From an uncultured Clostridia bacterium (GTDB lineage Bacteria > Bacillota > Clostridia > Christensenellales > UBA1242), in the NCBI GenBank assembly GCA_944381245.1, contig CALWKK010000003.1:1-59503 (forward strand): a DNA stretch of 59,503 nt, in the 5' to 3' direction. Position 1 is the stretch's first letter. Each line of letters starts with the position of its first letter. The position numbers and the translations under genes are program-made. Of this stretch, positions 1 to 10,373 are shown piece after piece. The notes beneath the pieces are model-generated. The model was not told the DNA's origin and did no database searches. It was given only the letters and a program-made list of their open reading frames with translations.

Positions 1-876
1 GGAGTTTTTATTGCATTTTGTTTTTTTGTTGTTTCTTCAAATTATATTTGGAAAATTGATATTATCGGAAATAATGATGTAAAAACAAGTGAAAATGAAG
101 AAGATTTAAATGAAAATGGAATAAATTACCTTAATTCCTTGAATAAACATACGAACAATGAAATTGAAAAAATAATTTTAGATAATTTTGATGAAATTAG
201 CATGGTAAGTGTTATTCATAAAGGAACTAGTATAATAATTAATATAAAAGAAAAAGTAATAAATGATGAATATGAAAATTTAGACAATATTCAACCATTA
301 ATATCAAATCAAGACGGAGTGATAACAAAAATTGAATTAATACAAGGAACATTAATGGTTAAAGCTGGAGATATAATAAAAGCTGGAGATATATTAGTTG
401 CTCCTTATGTTATTGATTCTTCTGGGAATAAAATACCGATTAAACCAAAAGCAAATATTTTTGCTGATGTTTTCATTACTGGTCAATCATTTCATGAAAA
501 CGAAAAAGAAGTAACAATAAGAACAGGTAATGTTATTATAGAAAGAAAAATGAGTTTTCTAAATAAAGAATTTTTTTCAAAAAAAGAAGAAATATCGTTT
601 GTTTATTATGATTTAGTTATTTATGAGGAATATTTATCTGATGCAATTTTACCTATTAAATATGAGACTTTATATTATTATGAATTAGAAATAAAAAAAG
701 AAACTCAAGATTTTGAATTGGTCGAAAAAGAAAAGATTGAAGAAGCAAAAAATAATGCTATAGCAAGATTAAATAATACTGATGAAATTGTTTCAGAAAA
801 TTATGTTATAACAGAAAATGATAATAGAACAATTGTTGACTATATTATTACTGTAAATAGAAAAATTACTTTATAA
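1..876 (+). CDS. yqfD: Sporulation protein YqfD (5'-truncated by window edge)
   Basis: Frame is open from base 1 (GVFIAFCFFVVSSNYIWKIDIIGN...). It shows the YqfD-like IWxIxIxGN motif and the GxxxVKxGDxIKxGDILV hairpin, and lies upstream of ybeY-era as usual. Confidence 0.8.
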   Translation, partial: GVFIAFCFFVVSSNYIWKIDIIGNNDVKTSENEEDLNENGINYLNSLNKHTNNEIEKIILDNFDEISMVSVIHKGTSIIINIKEKVINDEYENLDNIQPLISNQDGVITKIELIQGTLMVKAGDIIKAGDILVAPYVIDSSGNKIPIKPKANIFADVFITGQSFHENEKEVTIRTGNVIIERKMSFLNKEFFSKKEEISFVYYDLVIYEEYLSDAILPIKYETLYYYELEIKKETQDFELVEKEKIEEAKNNAIARLNNTDEIVSENYVITENDNRTIVDYIITVNRKITL

Positions 877-913
877 TATTTTAAAATTTTTATTTTTATG
901 ATATAATAATTTT

Positions 914-1375
914 ATGGTAAAAGTTAATTTTATTAAAGTCTTTTCATTTAGATATAAGAAAAAAATTAAAGAAATATTTTTATTAGCTATTAAGAAAAAA
1001 TTTGGAAATATAAAAAATAATTTTTATTTAAATATTAAATTTGTTTCAAAAAAAGAAATAAAAAATTTAAACAATAAATTTAGAAATATTAATAAAGAAA
1101 CAGATGTTTTATCTTTTCCTAATTTTGAAAAAAATGATTTAAATATAGTTATAAATGAAACAGATAATATATTTTTAGGTGATATAGCCATTTGTAAAAA
1201 TATAGCTATTTGTCAAGCAAAAAATTTCAAACATTCAGTTGAGCGAGAATTACTATTTTTAAGTACGCATGGTATTTTACATTTGTTGGGCTATGATCAC
1301 ATAGACAAACAAGAGGAAAAAGAAATGATGAGATTAACAGAAGAAATATTGTTTGAAGTTGGAGTAAAAAAATGA
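914..1375 (+). CDS. ybeY: rRNA maturation endoribonuclease YbeY
   Basis: LNxxFR..TDVLSF, LGDIxI and HGILHLLGYDH motifs. Confidence 0.95.
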   Translation: MVKVNFIKVFSFRYKKKIKEIFLLAIKKKFGNIKNNFYLNIKFVSKKEIKNLNNKFRNINKETDVLSFPNFEKNDLNIVINETDNIFLGDIAICKNIAICQAKNFKHSVERELLFLSTHGILHLLGYDHIDKQEEKEMMRLTEEILFEVGVKK

Positions 1376-2238
1376 AAGTTGGATATGTTGCTGTTATAGG
1401 TAAAACAAATGCTGGGAAAAGTACACTTATTAATAAATTATTGAATTATAAATTAAATATAGTTTCATCAAAAAAACAAACAACAAGAAATAATATATTG
1501 GGAATATTAACTGAAAATGATATTCAAATTATTTTTATTGATACACCAGGTATACATAAGAGTAAAAATCAATTAGATAGATATATGAATAAAAGCGTTA
1601 GGAGCGCAAGTGAAGGAGCCGATGTTATTGTTTATTTAATTGATGGCTCAAAAAAAATAGATGATGAAGAATTGAAAAATGTTATAAATTTATATAAAAA
1701 AAATAACAATTTAATATTAGTATTAAATAAAATAGACATGCTTACCAAAGAGAGTTTATATCAAATTTTGTATGAAATTAATAAAACAAAAATAAAAAAT
1801 GTAGTTCCTATTTCTTCTAAGAAAAAAATAAACTTAAACGAATTAAAATATATGATAATAGATTTTTTGCCAGAAAAAAATAGTTTAATATTTGATCAAG
1901 ACGAAATAACAGATAAATCAATAAAATTTTTATGTTCAGAAATAGTAAGAGAAAAAATTTTAAACTTCACTAATCAAGAAATTCCTCATGGAGTTAAATG
2001 TGAGGTTATTAATTATGATGAAAATAAAAAATTGGTAAATATTAGTATTGATATTATTTGTGAAAAAGAATCACATAAATCTATAATAATTGGAAAAAAT
2101 GGAATTTCTTTAAAAAGGATTGGCAGTAGTGCGCGAATAGAAATAGAAAAACTAGTAAATAAAAAAGTTATGTTAAATTTATTTGTTAAAGTTGAAAAAG
2201 ATTGGAGAAATAAACCAATTAAAGAAATTTTTGTATAA
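1372..2238 (+). CDS. era: GTPase Era
   Basis: GKTNAGKS, QTTR, DTPG, NKID, C-terminal KH domain (IIIGKNG), VKVEKDWR. Confidence 0.97.
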   Translation: MKVGYVAVIGKTNAGKSTLINKLLNYKLNIVSSKKQTTRNNILGILTENDIQIIFIDTPGIHKSKNQLDRYMNKSVRSASEGADVIVYLIDGSKKIDDEELKNVINLYKKNNNLILVLNKIDMLTKESLYQILYEINKTKIKNVVPISSKKKINLNELKYMIIDFLPEKNSLIFDQDEITDKSIKFLCSEIVREKILNFTNQEIPHGVKCEVINYDENKKLVNISIDIICEKESHKSIIIGKNGISLKRIGSSARIEIEKLVNKKVMLNLFVKVEKDWRNKPIKEIFV

Positions 2239-2321
2239 TTTAATTGTTAAAATTATTTAATTGATTTTTAATAAAATTTGTGATAAATATATATAATGAA
2301 TAAAATAAACAGGAGATAAGA

Positions 2322-5300
2322 ATGAAAAAAGAAAGTACGGTTCCAAACTTAGTAAAAAACGAAGAAGAAATATTAAAATTTTGGGAAAGCAACAAAATAT
2401 TTGAAAAATTAAAAAATAAAAACAAAAAAACAGGTAAATATTATGCCTTTTTAGATGGTCCTATAACAGCAAATAATGAAATGAAATTGCATCACTGTTG
2501 GAATAGATCGTTAAAAGATATAATGTTAAGATATAAAGCATTAAATGGTTTTGATGCCCACTATCAAAATGGTTTTGATGCTCAAGGATTATGGGTTGAA
2601 GTTGGAGTTGAAAAAGAACTTGGCTTAAAAGACAAAAGAGATATCATAAAATTTGGGATGGATAAATTTACAGAGACTTGCATTGAAAGAGTAAATAAGT
2701 ATGCAACAATTATAACTCAACAATCTAAAAGATTGGGACAATGGATGGATTGGGATAATTCTTATTTCACTAATTCTGATAAAAATATAACAACTATTTG
2801 GTATTTTTTAAAAAAATGTCATGAAAAAGGTTGGTTAATAGAAAAATATAGACCTATGCCTTGGTGTTCACACTGTGGAACTTCTTTATCTGAACATGAA
2901 CTTGCTGATAGTTATCAAGATATGGAACATAGAGCAGTTTTCTTTAAATTACCTATTATAGATTCAAATTTGGATATTTTAGTTTGGACAACAACTCCTT
3001 GGACTTTATCTTCAAATGTTGCTTTAGCAGTCAATCCAAATTTAGATTATTGTGTTTGTAAAGTAAAGTCTAGTGATAGGAAAATTATTGTTGGGAAGCA
3101 ATCTGTTAATGTACTCAAAAATGATTTAATAGAAATAGAAAAAGAAATAAAAGGACAAGAGTTAGTTGATAAGAAATATCAAACTTGTTTTGAAGAGTTA
3201 AGCCAACAAAATTTTGAACATAAAATTGTTGCTTGGGAAGATGTTGATTCTGTTGAAGGCTCTGGAGTTGTTCATATTGCACCAGGATGTGGAGCAGAAG
3301 ATTTTGAGTTAGGACAAAAATTAGGGTTGCCAAATATTTGTCCTGTTGATGAAAATGGAGTGTTTTATTCAGATTTCGGATTTTTAGCTAATAAAGAAGC
3401 AGATTCTGTATCAGATCTAGTTTTTAGTGAATTAGAAAAAAGAAATAAATTATATTACACTCATTTGTATAAACATAGATATCCTATTTGTTGGAGATGT
3501 AAAAAGCCTCTTATTTTCAGATTAACTAAAGAATGGTATATAAGTGCTGAAGAAATAAGACCAAAATTAATTGAAGCAATAAAAACAGTAAAATGGCAAC
3601 CAAGTTATTTGGAAAAAAGAATGTTAGATTGGTTGAATAATATGGGAGATTGGAATATATCTCGTAAAAGATTTTATGGACTACCTTTGCCATTTTATAA
3701 ATGTGAAGAATGTGGAAAATTGACAGTTGTTGGTAGTTTGGAAGATTTAAAAGAATATTCATCTTCAAAAGAAGTTGAAAGTATACCTCATCTTCATAGA
3801 CCATATATTGATAATATTATCATAACATGCCCTAAATGTGGGGCAAAAGTAAAAAGAGTTGCCGAAGTTGGTGACTGTTGGTTAGATGCAGGTATAACTC
3901 CTTTTAGCACAAAAAAATATTTTGAAGATAAAGAATTTTGGAATAAAAATTTTCCTGCTGAGTGTGTTATTGAAATGAAAGAACAAATAAGATTGTGGTT
4001 CTATTCATTATTATTTATGGCAGTTACATTAGAAAATAAAGCTCCATACAAAAAAGTCATTGGATTTGCTATGTTAGTTGCAGAAGATGGATCTAAATTT
4101 TCAAAATCTGGTCCAAATAATATTAACTTTAATGATTTAGTTAACAAGACTGGTGCAGATGTAATTAGGTATATATTTGCATCAAACAATATGTTAAATG
4201 ATACAAGGTTTGGATTTGGAATAACAGATGATGTAAAAAGAAAATTATTGGGATTTTGGAACGCATATGTCTTTTTCAATACTTATGCAAACATTGACAA
4301 TCCAGATATAGCTCATTATATACCAAATATTGAAGAATTAGATATAACAGATAAATGGTTGATTGAAGAATGTAATAAATTTATTGAAAATTCAACTGAA
4401 TATTATGAAACAAACAAATATTACTTGATAGTAAAAGATTTTGAAAACTTTATAGAAAATTTGACTAATTGGTATATTAGAGTAAATAGACGAAGATTTT
4501 GGAAATCTGATGACACTGAAGATAAGATGAATGCTTATTGGAGTTTGTACAATGCATTAAAAATCATAACTCAAGTTATGAGTCCTATCATTCCATTCTT
4601 ATCAGAATACATTTGGCAGAATATGATTAGAGATATAGAAAAAGAATCAGAAGAGAGTGTTTTTTTAGCAGGATTTCCTAATGTAAATGAAATTCGTTTT
4701 ACTAATTTAGATAATGAAACAAAATATGTTAGAGATATTATTGCAATTGCACAGAGATTAAGGAATGAAAATCAAATTAAGATAAAACAACCATTAAAAA
4801 CTATGTTTTTAAATGTAAGTGATGAAGTGTTTAATGCAGTTACTAAATTTGAAAATATTATTAAAGACGAATTAAATATAAAACAAATAGTTCGAGAGAA
4901 TGATAATACAAAATTTAATGAAGAATATTTAAGCGTTAATTTTAAGACAGCAGGGATAGTTTTAAAAGGAGATGTACAAAAATTAAAAAATGAGTTGCTT
5001 GAATTAACAAATGAAGAAATGAAAGATGTTGTTAATCAATATAAAAAAGGTAAAATTTCATTTAAGTCTTTTAATCAATTGGATAGTGAATTGTTTGTTT
5101 TGTGTTTTAAAGCAAAAGAAGAATATGTAATTTCAACTGAAAATGATATAACAGTTGTTTTAGATATTACTATTGATAAAGATTTAATGTTAGAGGGACT
5201 TCTAAGAGAGTTGATAAGGTCTATTCAAGTTTTAAGAAAAGAAGCAGGATTCAAAGTTGAAGATAGAATAATTGTTGGCTTAAAAAATTCAAGCGAATTA

Positions 5301-5456
5301 TTAAATGAAGTTATAAAAAAATATTTAGAAACAATTAAATCTGAAGTTTTAGCAATAGATATATATAAAGAAATTAATAATGCTATTTTTGAAAAAGAAA
5401 TAGAAATTTCCGAAGAAAAAATAGTTATACAATTAAAAAACAGTTGTGAGGAATAA
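2322..5456 (+). CDS. ileS: Isoleucine--tRNA ligase, type 2, with non-canonical signature motifs
   Basis: 1044 aa. DGPITAN, WTTTPWTL editing motif, GSGVVHIAPG, DWNISR and NWYIRVNRRRFW. HIGH position reads KLHH and KMSKS position reads KFSKS. Confidence 0.95.
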   Translation: MKKESTVPNLVKNEEEILKFWESNKIFEKLKNKNKKTGKYYAFLDGPITANNEMKLHHCWNRSLKDIMLRYKALNGFDAHYQNGFDAQGLWVEVGVEKELGLKDKRDIIKFGMDKFTETCIERVNKYATIITQQSKRLGQWMDWDNSYFTNSDKNITTIWYFLKKCHEKGWLIEKYRPMPWCSHCGTSLSEHELADSYQDMEHRAVFFKLPIIDSNLDILVWTTTPWTLSSNVALAVNPNLDYCVCKVKSSDRKIIVGKQSVNVLKNDLIEIEKEIKGQELVDKKYQTCFEELSQQNFEHKIVAWEDVDSVEGSGVVHIAPGCGAEDFELGQKLGLPNICPVDENGVFYSDFGFLANKEADSVSDLVFSELEKRNKLYYTHLYKHRYPICWRCKKPLIFRLTKEWYISAEEIRPKLIEAIKTVKWQPSYLEKRMLDWLNNMGDWNISRKRFYGLPLPFYKCEECGKLTVVGSLEDLKEYSSSKEVESIPHLHRPYIDNIIITCPKCGAKVKRVAEVGDCWLDAGITPFSTKKYFEDKEFWNKNFPAECVIEMKEQIRLWFYSLLFMAVTLENKAPYKKVIGFAMLVAEDGSKFSKSGPNNINFNDLVNKTGADVIRYIFASNNMLNDTRFGFGITDDVKRKLLGFWNAYVFFNTYANIDNPDIAHYIPNIEELDITDKWLIEECNKFIENSTEYYETNKYYLIVKDFENFIENLTNWYIRVNRRRFWKSDDTEDKMNAYWSLYNALKIITQVMSPIIPFLSEYIWQNMIRDIEKESEESVFLAGFPNVNEIRFTNLDNETKYVRDIIAIAQRLRNENQIKIKQPLKTMFLNVSDEVFNAVTKFENIIKDELNIKQIVRENDNTKFNEEYLSVNFKTAGIVLKGDVQKLKNELLELTNEEMKDVVNQYKKGKISFKSFNQLDSELFVLCFKAKEEYVISTENDITVVLDITIDKDLMLEGLLRELIRSIQVLRKEAGFKVEDRIIVGLKNSSELLNEVIKKYLETIKSEVLAIDIYKEINNAIFEKEIEISEEKIVIQLKNSCEE

Positions 5457-6331
5457 TGAAATATTGCACAAGTTGGGAAGATTATGAAATTATATCAACA
5501 GGGAATGGTGAGAAGCTTGAAAGATGGGGAAATATTAAACTTTTAAGACCTGATCCACAAGTTATTTGGCCTTCACAAACAGTTTTGGCAAATGCAAAAG
5601 ATTTAAATGCTAGATATATTCGCGAATCTACGGGTGGTGGACATTGGGAATATTTAAAAAAAACTCCCGAACAGTGGGAAATAAGATGGAAAAATCTAAA
5701 ATTTTTAATAAAACCTATGGGCTTTAAACACACTGGATTATTTCCAGAACAAGCTTATAATTGGGAAAAAATGATTGATTTGATAAAAAAATCTAATAGG
5801 GATATTAAAATATTAAATCTTTTTGCTTATACTGGAGGTGCAACAGTTGCATGCATAAGTGCTGGGGCAAGCGTTGTTCATGTTGATTCAAGCAAAGGAA
5901 TGGTTGAAAGAGCCAAACAAAATTTGAAGCTATCGGGACTTGAAAATAAAAATGTTAGATTTATTATTGATGATTGCAAAAAATTTATCGAAAGAGAAAT
6001 AAGACGAGGAAATAAATATGATGCAATAATAATGGACCCTCCTTCTTATGGAAGAGGTCCAAATGGTGAAATTTGGAAAATAGAAAATAATTTATTTGAA
6101 TTTGTTAATTTGTGTTTTAGACTTTTGAGTGATAATCCTTTGTTCGTTTTAATTAATTCTTATACAACAGGATTACAACCACAAGTTTTAAAAAATATTT
6201 TGTTATTAAATTTAAAGCAAACTAAATATTTAGAGAAAAGTGTTTGTGAAGCATATGAAATAGGATTGCCGACAAATGAAAATATAATTTTACCATGTGG
6301 GGCAAGTGGAATTTTGATATTTAAAGAGTAG
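5456..6331 (+). CDS. Class I SAM-dependent methyltransferase (RlmI/RlmK-related)
   Basis: HTGLFPEQ, LNLFAYTGG, VHVD and DPPSYG motifs. Confidence 0.85.
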   Translation: MKYCTSWEDYEIISTGNGEKLERWGNIKLLRPDPQVIWPSQTVLANAKDLNARYIRESTGGGHWEYLKKTPEQWEIRWKNLKFLIKPMGFKHTGLFPEQAYNWEKMIDLIKKSNRDIKILNLFAYTGGATVACISAGASVVHVDSSKGMVERAKQNLKLSGLENKNVRFIIDDCKKFIEREIRRGNKYDAIIMDPPSYGRGPNGEIWKIENNLFEFVNLCFRLLSDNPLFVLINSYTTGLQPQVLKNILLLNLKQTKYLEKSVCEAYEIGLPTNENIILPCGASGILIFKE

Positions 6332-6334
6332 AGT

Positions 6335-7102
6335 ATGAAAAATTTTGAATTAAATGTAATTTATGAAGATAATCATGTTATTGTTGTTATAAAGCCTGAA
6401 AATGTTCCTTCTCAAGAAGATGAAACAGGTGATTTTGATATGCTATCGGCAGTTAAAAAATTTTTAAAAGAAAAATATAATAAAATGGGTAATGCTTACG
6501 CTGGATTAATACATAGATTAGATCGACCAACAGGTGGAATTATGGTTTTTGCTAAAACTTCAAAAGCTTCGGCAAGATTATGTGAACAAATAAAAACTGG
6601 GATATTTAATAAAGAATATTTAACAGTTGTGGAAGGGCAATTAAATCAAAAAACTAAAAAGGTTATTAATTATTTAAAAAAAGATGAACAGAATAATATA
6701 GTAAAAGTTGTGCCTATGAGTGAAGTTGGAGCAAAAAAAGCTGAATTAATTTACGATGTTTTAGAAGTTTTAAATATAAAATTTCAAGAAAATAAAAATC
6801 AAACTAGAACTATTGATAATGAAAAAGAACAAAATAAAGGAATTCAAAAAAAGTTGTCTTTAGTTAAAATTAATCTTTTAACAGGAAGATCTCATCAAAT
6901 ACGAGTTCAAATGGCTAATTTAAAAACTCCAGTTTTTGGTGATGGTAAGTATGGTGCGAAATATACAAAAACAAAAGAACTGGCGTTATGGGCTTATAAA
7001 GTTGAATTTGTTCATCCAACAACTAAGCAAAAGATGAGTTTTAAAGTTTTACCTAACACAAATAAAATGCCTTGGAAATTTTTTAATTTGTCAAAAATAT
7101 AG
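6335..7102 (+). CDS. RluA-family pseudouridine synthase
   Basis: IYED..VVIKP, HRLDRPTGG catalytic motif, TGRSHQIR, GDGKYG. Confidence 0.93.
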   Translation: MKNFELNVIYEDNHVIVVIKPENVPSQEDETGDFDMLSAVKKFLKEKYNKMGNAYAGLIHRLDRPTGGIMVFAKTSKASARLCEQIKTGIFNKEYLTVVEGQLNQKTKKVINYLKKDEQNNIVKVVPMSEVGAKKAELIYDVLEVLNIKFQENKNQTRTIDNEKEQNKGIQKKLSLVKINLLTGRSHQIRVQMANLKTPVFGDGKYGAKYTKTKELALWAYKVEFVHPTTKQKMSFKVLPNTNKMPWKFFNLSKI

Positions 7103-7110
7103 GAGAATAT

Positions 7111-8871
7111 ATGATTAAAGAACGACAAGAAATTGCGGAATGTGATAAATGGGATTTAAATGATTATTTTAAAAATGACGATATTTTTAAAGAAGAATTC
7201 GAAGATTTAAAAAACGAAATTAATTCTTTAGAAATTTTTAAAGGTAAATTAAATAATCAAGAATTAATAATAAATTGTCTTTCATTGCAAGAAAATTTAA
7301 ACAAGAGATTAGAGAATTTATATGTTTATGCAAATTTAAAAACAAAAGAAGATTCAATAAATTCATTTTATCAAGAGCGATTAACTCAAGTTGAATCATT
7401 GTTGAGCAAATTTTCAGCTTCAACTTCATTTATTGATGTTGAAATGAAGAAAAACAAAAATGAACTTTTAATAAATTTACAAAATACGACTGATTATTCA
7501 AATTATTTTAAAAATATTTTAAGACAAAAGAAACATATTTTATCAGAAAAAGAAGAAAAAATTTTAGCATTAACTGGAGAAGTGATAAATGGATTTTCTA
7601 ATAATTTTTTCTTATTTGATAATGCTGACATTAAATTTCCAGATGTTCTTGATGCAAATGGAGAAAAGCATAATTTAAACCATTCAACTTATTTAGAATT
7701 AATGGAAAGTAATGATAGAAAATTAAGAGAAAATACTTTAAAAGCATTTAATGGCGAATATGGAAAATATAATAATTTTTTGGCATCTAATTATATTTCA
7801 AATATAAAAGCAGATTCTTTTTACGCGAAGGTGTCTAAGTATAAAAGTTGCATAGATAAAGCTTTATATTTGGAAGAAGTTGATAAAAATGTTTATAAAA
7901 AATTAATAGAATATGTAAATAAAAATTTAAAAGAATTCTATGGATATTTTGAATTAAAACGAAAATCTCAAGGATTTGAAAATTTTGCGATTTATGATCA
8001 ATATATTAAAGAAAAAAATATTAACAAAAAGTATACATTTGATGAAGCTATAGAAATAATAAAATCAGCAACAAAAGTTTTAGGCGAAGAATATATAAAT
8101 TTAATTGATAAAGCTGTTAAAGAAAGGTGGATTGATAAATATCCTAATAAAAATAAAGAAAATGGTGCTTTTTCTTGGGGCGCGTATAGAAAAAAACCTG
8201 TTTTATTAATGAATTTCATTGGTGATACTCACAGTTTGTTCACTTTAGCACATGAATTAGGACATAGTATTCACTCATATTATTCAAATCAAAATCAAAA
8301 ATATTGTCAAGCTGGATACACAATTTTTATTGCAGAAATTGCAAGTACAGTTAATGAAATGTTACTTATTAAATATTTATTGAATAAAACTGAAGATAGA
8401 AATGAAAAGATATTTTATATAGATTATTTTTTAAGCAATTTTAAAGCAACAATTTTAAGACAAACAATGTTTAGCGAATTTGAATATTTTGCGCATGATA
8501 CCTTTGAAAAAGGAGAGCCAATATCAGCAGAAGTATTAAATAACTTTTATTACAATTTAAATAAAAAATATTTTGGTGATGATGTTGTATTAATTGATGA
8601 AATCAAATTTGAATGGTCTAGAATACCTCATTTTTATAACGATTTTTATGTTTACAAATATGCAACAGGGATGATTAGCGCAATATATTTTGTTGATAAT
8701 ATAATACCTAATAATTATGTAAACTATATTAATTTGTTAAAATCTGGTAGCACAAAAGATCCAATATCTTTATTATTGGATGCAGGCGTTAATTTAAAAG
8801 ATAAAAAAACTTTTGATTATGCTTTTAATAAAGCAAAAACAATGATAGAATTATGGAATAGTTTGTTATAA
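7111..8871 (+). CDS. pepF: Oligoendopeptidase F (M3B)
   Basis: N-terminal KWDL, RWID, GAFS, HELGH zinc motif, AEIAS, WSRIPHFY, YVYKYATG. Confidence 0.93.
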   Translation: MIKERQEIAECDKWDLNDYFKNDDIFKEEFEDLKNEINSLEIFKGKLNNQELIINCLSLQENLNKRLENLYVYANLKTKEDSINSFYQERLTQVESLLSKFSASTSFIDVEMKKNKNELLINLQNTTDYSNYFKNILRQKKHILSEKEEKILALTGEVINGFSNNFFLFDNADIKFPDVLDANGEKHNLNHSTYLELMESNDRKLRENTLKAFNGEYGKYNNFLASNYISNIKADSFYAKVSKYKSCIDKALYLEEVDKNVYKKLIEYVNKNLKEFYGYFELKRKSQGFENFAIYDQYIKEKNINKKYTFDEAIEIIKSATKVLGEEYINLIDKAVKERWIDKYPNKNKENGAFSWGAYRKKPVLLMNFIGDTHSLFTLAHELGHSIHSYYSNQNQKYCQAGYTIFIAEIASTVNEMLLIKYLLNKTEDRNEKIFYIDYFLSNFKATILRQTMFSEFEYFAHDTFEKGEPISAEVLNNFYYNLNKKYFGDDVVLIDEIKFEWSRIPHFYNDFYVYKYATGMISAIYFVDNIIPNNYVNYINLLKSGSTKDPISLLLDAGVNLKDKKTFDYAFNKAKTMIELWNSLL

Positions 8872-8885
8872 ACAAAGGAGAAAAT

Positions 8886-10088
8886 ATGGAACTTCTTGCT
8901 CCTGCAGGTAATATGGAAAAACTAAAAACAGCTTTATATTTCGGAGCTGATGCAGTTTATTTAGCTGGAAAAAAATTTGGTTTGAGAGCTTTCGCAGATA
9001 ATTTTAATGAAGAAGAATTAAAAGAGGCTGTTGAACTTGTTCATTCATACAATAGAAAGATTTATGTTACTGTTAATATAGTGGCACATAATAAAGATTT
9101 TGATGGTCTTGAAGTATATTTAAAATACTTAAAACAAATAGGAGTTGATGCTGTTATTGTTAGTGATTTAGGAATCATAAATTTAATAAAACAATCTATT
9201 CCTAATTTAGAGTTTCATATAAGCACACAAGCTAACGTTACTAATAAATACACAGCAAAATTTTTTGCTGATTTAGGAGCAAAAAGAATAGTTCTTGCAC
9301 GAGAGTTAAATATAGATGAAATAAAAGAAATAATAAATTATTTACCTAAAGAAGTTGAAATTGAATGTTTTATTCACGGAGCAATGTGCATTAGCTATTC
9401 AGGAAGGTGTTTACTTTCTAATTATTTAACTAAAAGAGATGGAAATAGGGGAGAATGTGTTCAGGCTTGTAGATGGGAATATACTATATGTGAGAAATCT
9501 CGAGTTGGGAACAAATATGAAATTAAAGAAGATGATCGAGGAACTTATATTTTAAACTCAAAAGATTTATGTTTAATTAATTATTTAGATAAATTGAATG
9601 AAATAGGTGTTAAAAGTTTAAAAATTGAAGGGCGTATGAAGTCTTTGTATTATGTTGCAAATATCGTTAATGCTTATAGAAGAGCTTTAGATTTAAATAC
9701 AAAGGGAGAGCAATTAACAAAAGAAATATGTAATGAAGTTTTTAAATCTAGCAATAGAGGATATACAACAGGATTTTATTTTAGCGATAAAGAAGAAAGA
9801 GAATGCCTTAACTCTTCAATGCCAACTCAAACACATGAATTTGTTGCAATTGTATTAGAAGATCAGCATGATGGACAAGTCAAAATCCAACAAAGAAATA
9901 GATTTAAGGTTGGTGATGAATTGGAAGTTTTGTCTCCTTACGACACTTTTAATAAAAAGTTTGTTGTCGAAGAAATAAAAAACATGAAGGATGAAATTAT
10001 TAATGATGCAAAAAACGTGCAAGAAATATTATTTTTAAAAACTGAAATAAAATTAAAAAAGGGTGATATATTAAGGATAAAATTATAA
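8886..10088 (+). CDS. U32-family protein (TrhP-like tRNA hydroxylation protein)
   Basis: ELLAPAG, GADAVY, HGAMCISYSGRC, NRGECVQACR, SLKIEGR and a C-terminal beta-barrel. Confidence 0.9.
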   Translation: MELLAPAGNMEKLKTALYFGADAVYLAGKKFGLRAFADNFNEEELKEAVELVHSYNRKIYVTVNIVAHNKDFDGLEVYLKYLKQIGVDAVIVSDLGIINLIKQSIPNLEFHISTQANVTNKYTAKFFADLGAKRIVLARELNIDEIKEIINYLPKEVEIECFIHGAMCISYSGRCLLSNYLTKRDGNRGECVQACRWEYTICEKSRVGNKYEIKEDDRGTYILNSKDLCLINYLDKLNEIGVKSLKIEGRMKSLYYVANIVNAYRRALDLNTKGEQLTKEICNEVFKSSNRGYTTGFYFSDKEERECLNSSMPTQTHEFVAIVLEDQHDGQVKIQQRNRFKVGDELEVLSPYDTFNKKFVVEEIKNMKDEIINDAKNVQEILFLKTEIKLKKGDILRIKL

Positions 10089-10094
10089 TTTCGC

Positions 10095-10122
10095 TTGACT
10101 AAAAAGAAAAATTGTGTATAAT
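10095..10122 (+). promoter_or_regulatory. sigmaA promoter of tRNA-Leu(AAG)
   Basis: TTGACT-16bp-TATAAT just upstream of the tRNA. Confidence 0.7.
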
Positions 10123-10137
10123 GAAAAATGCACAAAT

Positions 10138-10222
10138 GCGGTCGTGGCGGAAATGGTAGACGCGCAAGACTAAGGATCTTGTGGGGCAACCTGTCCGGGT
10201 TCAAGTCCCGGCGTCCGCACCA
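10138..10222 (+). tRNA. tRNA-Leu, anticodon AAG
   Basis: Cloverleaf with acceptor GCGGTCG/CGTCCGC. Anticodon stem CAAGA/TCTTG, loop CT-AAG-GA (10172-10174). Long variable arm, GGTTCAAGTCC T arm, A73 and encoded CCA. Confidence 0.93.
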
Positions 10223-10302
10223 AAAAATAATATTTTAGTATTTTTTGATTAAAAATTTAATAATTAAATTATAAAAAAATTGTAATATTTAAAAAAATAA
10301 AT

Positions 10303-10337
10303 AAAATAAGGAAATTAAATAATTTCCTTATTTTTTT
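10303..10337. terminator. Bidirectional intrinsic terminator
   Basis: AAAATAAGGAAATTA/TAATTTCCTTATTTT inverted repeat between the convergent tRNA and HicB-like gene. Confidence 0.7.
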
Positions 10338-10373
10338 GTAAATAAAATTTAAACATTATAATTTTTTCTTTAT

